From Candidatus Bilamarchaeaceae archaeon (lineage in GTDB: Archaea > Micrarchaeota > Micrarchaeia > Anstonellales > Bilamarchaeaceae): 64,000 bases of DNA. The notes under the pieces were generated by a model. It made no database searches. It saw only the letters and a program-made list of their open reading frames with translations, and was not told where the DNA came from. Where the stretch lies: positions 335-64,334 of the forward strand of contig JAVZJR010000002.1 of NCBI GenBank assembly GCA_038870635.1. Direction: 5' to 3'. A program made the position numbers and the translations under genes. Within the stretch, counting starts at the first letter, position 1; each line of letters starts with the position of its first letter. Shown here piece by piece: positions 57,677-64,000 of this stretch.

Positions 57677-57994
57677 TTACTCTAAATTAGAATTAAAACT
57701 TTTCCTATTGCTTACTATAGCGTTTTTCTTTACTTTTTTTGGTCTTTCAAAATGGCGAAAAGTTATTTTTTCTCCATCTACATCTACATAACCGTCGTCA
57801 ACAAAAAAGCGAAAAACACAACTGTTTTTTTGTATCTTTCTTTCCTTTTGTTCACTCTCGATAACAAGCATATTTTTGGTTTCATCTACTACTGTTCCTT
57901 TTAATCCAACAAGATGTTTTTGTGAACTTTTAACTATTTCTACATTTAAACCAATAAAAGTTGAGTGAAGGATATTTTTTTTTGTTATGGGCAC
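57677..57994 (-). CDS. rnp1: Ribonuclease P protein subunit 1 (Rpp29)
   Basis: FIGLNVEI, GTVVDETKNML; position after SUI1. Confidence 0.92.
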   Translation of the reverse strand: MPITKKNILHSTFIGLNVEIVKSSQKHLVGLKGTVVDETKNMLVIESEQKERKIQKNSCVFRFFVDDGYVDVDGEKITFRHFERPKKVKKNAIVSNRKSFNSNLE

Positions 57995-58005
57995 ATTCTC
58001 GCCTT

Positions 58006-58329
58006 TTATTGTTCTACTTCTATTATTTCTGAGGGATAGCCCATCTCTTTTAGTATTTTTTCTATATTTTTTACATGATTACCTTGAAGTACTATCATCC
58101 CTTCTTTTGCTGTTCCGCCGCATGCAAGCTTTTGTTTTAATATCTTAGCAGTTTCATCTATTTGATTTTGGTCTATCCCTTCAACTATTGTAACTAGTTT
58201 TTTAAATTTGGCTTTTGTAGTGTATACTTTTATTTTTGCTGTGCCTTGTTTGTCTAATTCTTGGCATACGCAAATCTCTTTTGGCATACCACATTTAGGA
58301 CAGATGCTTCCCATTGTTTTATCAACCAA
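58006..58329 (-). CDS. Translation initiation factor SUI1 (aIF-1)
   Basis: CPKCGMPKEICVC, LKQKLACGGT, LQGNH. Confidence 0.94.
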   Translation of the reverse strand: MVDKTMGSICPKCGMPKEICVCQELDKQGTAKIKVYTTKAKFKKLVTIVEGIDQNQIDETAKILKQKLACGGTAKEGMIVLQGNHVKNIEKILKEMGYPSEIIEVEQ

Positions 58330-58331
58330 CC

Positions 58332-58505
58332 TTATTTTTTATTTAATATTGTTTTTAATTGAGCAATTGTCTTTTTAAGTGCTTTTGTTTTTTCTTTTTT
58401 ACCTTCGCCTCTTGCTTCCAAGATGGCTTTTTCAAGTTCAGCTATTTTTTTCTCTGCTTCTTGTTTCGTCATATTTTTCAATTCATTCTTTTTTATAATC
58501 GCCAT
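58332..58505 (-). CDS. rpl29: 50S ribosomal protein L29 (57 aa; absent from the ORF track)
   Basis: Hand translation MAIIKKNELKNMT...LKKTIAQLKTILNKK between rps3 and SUI1. Confidence 0.88.
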   Translation of the reverse strand: MAIIKKNELKNMTKQEAEKKIAELEKAILEARGEGKKEKTKALKKTIAQLKTILNKK

Positions 58506-58506
58506 T

Positions 58507-59160
58507 TTAACCCTCTCTTTTATCCTGTATTGCGGCTGCAGTTTCTATAACCTTTGGTAACGCTATTTTTTGCGGCGTTTTGTCAGGGAATACTGTTCCT
58601 GGTGGTACTATTCTGACTAATACTCCAATGACGCCAGATTTTGTGTTTGCATTTATGTGAGCTTCTTTTACAAGTTTCATTGGTTCGCCAGCTTTTGGTA
58701 TATACCCAGCCATAACTCTTAGTCTTTTAGAACGTGCACCTTTTGCGCCTATCTTTCCAGCCGCTACTATTTCTGCCCCTATCGCGCCGGCCCTCATTAT
58801 TTCTTTTAGCATAAAGTGAAGCACTGCTCTTATCTTTTTCCCCATTTCTATGTGTTTAGCTGCTCGTTTTCCTACAAGCACTGGCTCTAAAAAAGGTTCT
58901 TGTACTTCAACAACGCTTATCTGCGGATTTTCTATTTTAAATTTATTTTTTATTTCGTTTGTCAGTTCATTTATTATTCTTCCTTCTTTGCCTATTATAC
59001 GCGCTGGATTAAGAACTTCTAAGGTTATCCGTGTCATCATAGGTGTTCTTTGAATCTCAACAGATGCTAAACCGGCTCTTTCGAGTTTTTTTTCTAAATA
59101 CTTTGTCAACTGATATTTAGAGAATGGTTCCTCAATTAATTTTTCGTTGTATATCATCAT
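58507..59160 (-). CDS. rps3: 30S ribosomal protein S3
   Basis: IIGKEG KH motif, AGAIGAEI, KSGVIGVLV. Confidence 0.95.
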   Translation of the reverse strand: MMIYNEKLIEEPFSKYQLTKYLEKKLERAGLASVEIQRTPMMTRITLEVLNPARIIGKEGRIINELTNEIKNKFKIENPQISVVEVQEPFLEPVLVGKRAAKHIEMGKKIRAVLHFMLKEIMRAGAIGAEIVAAGKIGAKGARSKRLRVMAGYIPKAGEPMKLVKEAHINANTKSGVIGVLVRIVPPGTVFPDKTPQKIALPKVIETAAAIQDKREG

Positions 59161-59672
59161 CCCACCTTGCTTTTCATTTTCTCATCTTTATCTTTTTTTT
59201 CAGGAGGTTTTACCTCTATTTTCTGTGGCTGCTCAAGTGGTTTTAGTACGATTTCCACTCGTGCTAGCTCGTAATTAGAACGCATCCATCCGCCACGGGG
59301 TGCCACCCGCGGGTACTCTGCCTTTTTGTTTGCACACGCCCCTATTATTTTATACTTCTCTCCTAAACCACGGGCATTACCATTCGCAATCGCACTCTTC
59401 AATAACTTTAATACTATTTTAGCTGCTTTTTTAGGATACCTTCCTTTTTTGCCACCGAGTTCTCTTCGATGCCCTATTTTTTTAGAGAACTTTTTGTAAA
59501 GTACTGCTGCTTTGCCATCTACAACTTTTTGAAGGAAAGTTATAGCCCAACCTGCCTGTTTTCCTCTTATTCTTCCACAAATTTCTGTTAAATCTTTATA
59601 TGAGGCATCAACACCTTCTACGCGTGCAAACGCGCATTCATCTGGAGAGAATTCTAAAGAATATCCTTTCAT
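59157..59672 (-). CDS. rpl22: 50S ribosomal protein L22
   Basis: GRYPKKAA, RVAPRG; true start ATG 59672 (MKGYSL). Confidence 0.95.
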   Translation of the reverse strand: MKGYSLEFSPDECAFARVEGVDASYKDLTEICGRIRGKQAGWAITFLQKVVDGKAAVLYKKFSKKIGHRRELGGKKGRYPKKAAKIVLKLLKSAIANGNARGLGEKYKIIGACANKKAEYPRVAPRGGWMRSNYELARVEIVLKPLEQPQKIEVKPPEKKDKDEKMKSKVG

Positions 59673-59682
59673 ATTAATCACA

Positions 59683-60087
59683 TCATTTAAGAGGTACGAA
59701 TTTACTACCTCTTGTCGCGCCCACTCCTGGTCCAGAGTGTAAAACTCTTGCAGTAGTATGAGAAAAATCACCCAGCCTTTTTCCAATCTTGTGCAATGTT
59801 ATATCTACTCTCTTATATTCTTTTCCATTGTAGACACCAAAAGTTAAGCCGAGCCATTCGGGCAATATGACTGCATCTCTTATTTTTGTTTTTATCATTT
59901 TTTTGGGATTAGTTTTTTTTATTTTTCGTACTTTCTCTATGAATTTTTTGAGAGTTGGATTGAGATTCAATCTTTTTAGTGTTCTTCTTTCACGCGCATT
60001 TAAAAGTTTCATTGTTTCCTCCATGCTCAAGTTTAGTAGTTTTTCTTCCTCTACTCCTTTCCAAACATCTTTTCTTATAGTAACCAT
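59683..60087 (-). CDS. rps19: 30S ribosomal protein S19
   Basis: VYNGKEY, IGKRLGDF, HSGPGVGATRGS. Confidence 0.96.
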   Translation of the reverse strand: MVTIRKDVWKGVEEEKLLNLSMEETMKLLNARERRTLKRLNLNPTLKKFIEKVRKIKKTNPKKMIKTKIRDAVILPEWLGLTFGVYNGKEYKRVDITLHKIGKRLGDFSHTTARVLHSGPGVGATRGSKFVPLK

Positions 60088-60101
60088 TTAATCACCTTTA
60101 C

Positions 60102-60857
60102 TTATACCTCTTCAACTTCTTCTCCTGTTTTCTTCCCTTTCTTTCTGCCGGTAGTTCTTGCTGCGATGTGTCCTACTTTCGCACCAGGTGGTGTATCTCT
60201 TCCTACTGTGGTTGGTTTGCCAACATGATGTTGTTTTCCACCGTGTGGGTGGCAATATGCTGCCATATGCACGCCTCTGTTTCTTGGCCACAACTTTTTC
60301 AATGTTTTTCTGTATCTATAATATGCATTTCCTGCTTTTAGAAGCGGTTTTTCCAGTCTTCCGCCCCCAGCAACTACGCCTAACTGTGCTCTACAGTCAC
60401 CTGACAATATTACTGTTTTTTTACTTGGGAGTTTTACATATACATTATTTTTTTCTCTTGAAACTATTATGGCATACGACCCAGCAGTTCTTACATATCT
60501 GCCGCCATCACCTGGTATTTTCTCTATATTAAATATATAAGCACCATCCGGTATTCTGTAAAGTGGTAAAACACTTCCTAATTTAAGCTTTCCTTGTGCT
60601 CCAATTTCAAGTGTATCTCCCACTGCTATTCCTTCTGGTGCAAGTAGGTATCCTTTTTCTCCATTATCATAAGCTACTTCAATAAGGGGTGCGGTTCTAC
60701 CAGGATCATCTACTATATCTATTACTTTTCCTAAAAGAACACCTGTTTTTTCAATATCATCGTACTTTCTATAAGCAAGATCAGTTTTTCCCTTTGTTGT
60801 AGCAAGATATCTTCCTCTTCCAGCACCTCTTTTTTGTGATTTTAACCTCTTTCCCAT
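60102..60857 (-). CDS. rpl2: 50S ribosomal protein L2
   Basis: MGKRLKSQKRG, DPGRTAP, AGGGR, HPHGG. Confidence 0.97.
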   Translation of the reverse strand: MGKRLKSQKRGAGRGRYLATTKGKTDLAYRKYDDIEKTGVLLGKVIDIVDDPGRTAPLIEVAYDNGEKGYLLAPEGIAVGDTLEIGAQGKLKLGSVLPLYRIPDGAYIFNIEKIPGDGGRYVRTAGSYAIIVSREKNNVYVKLPSKKTVILSGDCRAQLGVVAGGGRLEKPLLKAGNAYYRYRKTLKKLWPRNRGVHMAAYCHPHGGKQHHVGKPTTVGRDTPPGAKVGHIAARTTGRKKGKKTGEEVEEV

Positions 60858-60867
60858 ATGAGCACCT

Positions 60868-61119
60868 CTATGCAATCATTTTTAACTTTGCAGCAATTTC
60901 ATCTGCTTTAAAATTCTTATCAAGTTTAACTATTGCTTGTTTTTTTCCATTGCTGTCTATGAGTGTTCTCACAGCCACTACCTTAACACCAAACAATTTT
61001 TCTACTTCTGCTTTTATATCTTTTTTTGTTGCCCTTTCACTAACAAAAAACCTTATGGAATTCTCCTTTTCTATCAGTTGAAGACTTTTTTCTGTTTTTA
61101 ACGGTCCTTCTATTATCAT
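60868..61119 (-). CDS. rpl23: 50S ribosomal protein L23
   Basis: TEKS, KKDIKAEVEKLFGVKV, GKKQAIVKL. Confidence 0.95.
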   Translation of the reverse strand: MIIEGPLKTEKSLQLIEKENSIRFFVSERATKKDIKAEVEKLFGVKVVAVRTLIDSNGKKQAIVKLDKNFKADEIAAKLKMIA

Positions 61120-61865
61120 ACTCTATCACCAAATTTTTTTGCAAGAGCATCTATTGCATTTTCTGTATATATTGTTAATCTACCCGGGTGCGCACCGGGA
61201 GCTAAATGCATAACTTTTAGTTTTTTGACATCTATCACATCAACACCTGGAATATTTTTGGCTGCTTTTGAAAATTTTGAAACAACTATCAATGGTCCCT
61301 TCTTTCCATTATTTTTAGCTTTTTCTATTATTGTACTTAGATTAAGTGATTGTAGTAATTGTAGTGCTTCTTTGGTTTTTTTGATTTCTTCAAACTTACT
61401 ATCAATTACCAGCGGAAGAGAAATTGATAATTTTTCATTCATTCTTTTTGCTACTATGTCATGCATTGCTGTCATTGATATAGCACTTTTAAGTGCTTTT
61501 TCGTATTCTTTTTTATTTATTTTTTCAACAATCTTTTTTTCTGGTTTTGGTGGATGGGCTCGATGGCCTTTTACTGCAAGAGGTACTCTTTTTACTTTTC
61601 CCAACCTTCCTTTTGGTAAGACTTCGTGCGGAAGATGAGGTATACCTCTATTTTTAACCGCACCATAATCTTCCTTTCTGCCTCTGTATCTAGCGCTCGT
61701 TTCAAAACCTGCCCATGGATAATTGCCTTTTGGTTGTTTTAGTTTGCTCTCATCGCTAAGAACAGCACGTTTTATTAAATCTGGTCGTGGCAATTCTTCA
61801 AAACATTTAGGTAATTTGATTTCCCTAGAAACTTTTCCTTCAAGTGAATATACGCTTGCTTTCAT
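61116..61865 (-). CDS. rpl4: 50S ribosomal protein L4
   Basis: RPDLIKRA, GHRAHPP, LAPGAHPGRLT. Confidence 0.95.
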   Translation of the reverse strand: MKASVYSLEGKVSREIKLPKCFEELPRPDLIKRAVLSDESKLKQPKGNYPWAGFETSARYRGRKEDYGAVKNRGIPHLPHEVLPKGRLGKVKRVPLAVKGHRAHPPKPEKKIVEKINKKEYEKALKSAISMTAMHDIVAKRMNEKLSISLPLVIDSKFEEIKKTKEALQLLQSLNLSTIIEKAKNNGKKGPLIVVSKFSKAAKNIPGVDVIDVKKLKVMHLAPGAHPGRLTIYTENAIDALAKKFGDRV

Positions 61866-61869
61866 TTAA

Positions 61870-62811
61870 TCACCTTGGTTCTGTGGATATCGCAGTTAAT
61901 TTAACATCTGCTGGCTTGGTGTTCCTTGCGGAAACTCTTATCTTGACAAGCCTTTTTGTTGGCCCTGGAACAGAACCTTTTAATATTATATAATCATTTT
62001 TAACAACCCCATAATGTGGATAGCCGCTTTTTATGTTTATATCTGCCGGATTTGTTCCGATTTTTATAATCATTTTATTGAACTCGGTTCTAGTATGATA
62101 CCCCATTTGACCTGCCTGCGGAACAGTATAAGCAACTATTGCTGGATGAAATGGACCTAATGTACCTACGTGTCTTCGTTTTCCTGTTGCTTTTCTTCTT
62201 TGAATAGCTACGCCAAATCTTTTTACTGGCCCTTGCCATCCTTTACCTTTTGTTACTGCGCTTACATCTACAAATTCCCCTGGTTTAAATATTTCACTAA
62301 CTCTTATCTCTTTACCTAAAAGAGATTGCGCATATTCTATTTTTTCTTTAATATCTTTACCGCCACAAGCAAGTTCCATAAACTCTGCCTTCTTTTTACC
62401 CAAGCCTGTTTTTTGTGGTTGTGTGCATACTAAAAGACGGATTTCTTTTACTTCTTCCATGTTAATATTTTTGTTTTCTTTTTTCTTTCTTATACCACTT
62501 GCTTTTAATACTGTCTCGTTGTCAGTATGAATTTCACCAATTGAATTTTTATCATCATAATATCTTATTCCATATACCAGAACTGGTGGAACTTCTATTA
62601 TTGTTGCAGCACTTACAATCTCTTGTCCTTTAGTAGGAGATTCAGTTGGATCTATATATGCTACATTAGTCATTCCTACTTTGTAGCCAGGTATTCCGAG
62701 TAATCTTTTTTCTGCTCGCTCAGGCCACCATAGCCTTACGTTTTCGCTTTTTGCTCTTTTTCTTGGCCTAAAAGCCATTGACCCTTTTCTGGGTCTTCTT
62801 TTGTCTACCAT
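61870..62811 (-). CDS. rpl3: 50S ribosomal protein L3
   Basis: RPRKGSMAFRPRKRA, GYKVGMT, TKGKGWQGPVKRFG, QAGQMGYHTRTE. Confidence 0.97.
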   Translation of the reverse strand: MVDKRRPRKGSMAFRPRKRAKSENVRLWWPERAEKRLLGIPGYKVGMTNVAYIDPTESPTKGQEIVSAATIIEVPPVLVYGIRYYDDKNSIGEIHTDNETVLKASGIRKKKENKNINMEEVKEIRLLVCTQPQKTGLGKKKAEFMELACGGKDIKEKIEYAQSLLGKEIRVSEIFKPGEFVDVSAVTKGKGWQGPVKRFGVAIQRRKATGKRRHVGTLGPFHPAIVAYTVPQAGQMGYHTRTEFNKMIIKIGTNPADINIKSGYPHYGVVKNDYIILKGSVPGPTKRLVKIRVSARNTKPADVKLTAISTEPR

Positions 62812-62905
62812 TCTCTCACCTCGCGTTGCCCGTCGGTAACAGCCTAAAATTCGATTGAAAAAAGGCCGTTCCTTCTTCGGGACGCCCTCTCACTGAGTAG
62901 AGGTT
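62812..62905 (-). promoter_or_regulatory. GC-rich, hairpin-forming 5' leader of the rpl3 operon
   Basis: Three short inverted repeats (62825-62840, 62864-62886, 62886-62903); TATA-like TTTATATA at ~62914-62921; GAGGTGA RBS. Confidence 0.45.
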
Positions 62906-62995
62906 ATGATTGGTATATAAAGAAATATTTATAAATGATATATGTATTTTTAAATTAGTTTTTATTTTAAAAATATTGGCGCGGGGTTTTGATTA

Positions 62996-64000
62996 ATGGA
63001 TAGATTAAAGCGCTCGGCTTTAATATTCTCATTGTTAATAGTATTTATTCCTCTACTTTTTTTTGTTTATTTTGCAGATAGTGTTATAGAGCTGAGTCAT
63101 AGTGAATTTTTGCAACAAAATATAAGCGATGATATCCTAGACCAAAATGCAGAGACGGAAAATAATGCTTCTTTCGTTGTAGAAGCCAACACATCTTTTG
63201 TTAATATAGACGAAGTAGTCGAACAAAACATAAGCGCAGAGCAAAATGAAATAGCGCCCCAAGTTTTCTCTTCTGATGATAATTCTACTCCTCCCGTCAG
63301 CAATTTTATTGATTTGGATGAAGTTATTACTCAAACCACTACCGAAGAAAACAACACATCTTTTGTTGATATAGAAGAAATAATAGAACAAAATACAAGT
63401 ACGGAGCAAAAAGAAGATGTTTCTGTCTCTACATCTTCTGAAAATACTTCTGTAGAAAGCATTACTAACACAAATGAGTTTGTAAATTTAGATGAATTGG
63501 TGAGCCAAGACGTGAGCAAAGAAGAAAATCAATCATCTCTTGTCTATGAAAATAGTAATGATTTTTTTATTTTTCAAAAAAATGTAAAAGTAGAAAAGGC
63601 AGTTTATGAAAAAATTTTAAGTGGAAAAAAAGAGCGTGTTATTGTTGTACTCAAAGATGGCGAATCTTATAATAATCTTAAAATAGAAAAGAAAAAACTG
63701 TTTAATCGTAATAAAATTTATGTTTCCTCTAACATAGGGGAAAAAGAACTGCAAGAGCTAATCAATAGCAACTTAATTGAAAGCATATATATTGACAGAG
63801 AAGTTAGGGCTTCGCTTGCAGATTCTGATGTTATCATTAGATCAGAAGAAGCGAGAAACTCGTTTGGGTTTAGTGGCGATGGCATAGGGATTTGTCTTCT
63901 TGATACTGGCGTAGATTTAAACTCGGTAAATAATATCGAAGGCGGTTATGATTTTGTTAACAATGATGATAATGCACTGGACGATAATGGTCACGGTACA
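62996..64000 (+). CDS. Subtilisin-like (S8) serine protease with N-terminal membrane anchor, 3'-truncated; absent from the ORF track
   Basis: Open frame 62996 to window end; TM helix, acidic linker, I9-like prodomain, then ICLLDTGVD (Asp) and DDNGHGT (His). Confidence 0.9.
   Translation, partial: MDRLKRSALIFSLLIVFIPLLFFVYFADSVIELSHSEFLQQNISDDILDQNAETENNASFVVEANTSFVNIDEVVEQNISAEQNEIAPQVFSSDDNSTPPVSNFIDLDEVITQTTTEENNTSFVDIEEIIEQNTSTEQKEDVSVSTSSENTSVESITNTNEFVNLDELVSQDVSKEENQSSLVYENSNDFFIFQKNVKVEKAVYEKILSGKKERVIVVLKDGESYNNLKIEKKKLFNRNKIYVSSNIGEKELQELINSNLIESIYIDREVRASLADSDVIIRSEEARNSFGFSGDGIGICLLDTGVDLNSVNNIEGGYDFVNNDDNALDDNGHGT

Noticed and set aside
59673-59786. N-terminal extension of L22
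   Set aside because: Overlaps rps19 in another frame; true ATG at 59672 follows a GGTGA RBS
1612-63519. Numerous 60-170 aa antisense ORFs in the track (e.g. 3273-3677, 20007-20510, 56011-56523, 63097-63303)
   Set aside because: They lie opposite well-supported genes, have Phe/Leu/Ser-rich shadow composition and no motifs
1-64000. rRNA genes, transposases, restriction-modification or toxin-antitoxin loci
   Set aside because: No long GC-rich non-coding tract and no recognisable motifs for these families

Overview
Archaeal chromosomal segment, AT-rich and densely coding. It is probably from a DPANN archaeon, most likely Micrarchaeota (inferred from archaeal r-protein operons, tRNAs with several non-canonical introns, form III-type RuBisCO and many lineage-specific proteins). 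Housekeeping content: rps13-rps4-rps11-rpoD, rpl3...rpl29-SUI1-rnp1-rnz, rpl7ae-rps28e-rpl24e-ndk, ileS, asnS, aspS, a folate C1 set (folC, folD, 5-FCL, glyA), ppcA, rtcB, sufS, elp3, mre11, scpB and prs. There are six tRNAs, three of which carry two introns each. The outstanding unexplained feature is a tightly coupled array of six paralogous polytopic membrane proteins (25564-33125). They share a pilin-like N-terminal hairpin and a 'G-x-x-LR-x-x-P-x-TR-x-x-G...YP' core reminiscent of CedA/TedA (VirB6-like) DNA-transfer channel proteins, and the array runs directly into the RuBisCO gene. Both window ends hold truncated large surface proteins (beta-helix; S8 protease). No CRISPR array, transposase or integrase was seen. 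All homology calls are by motif recognition, not database search.
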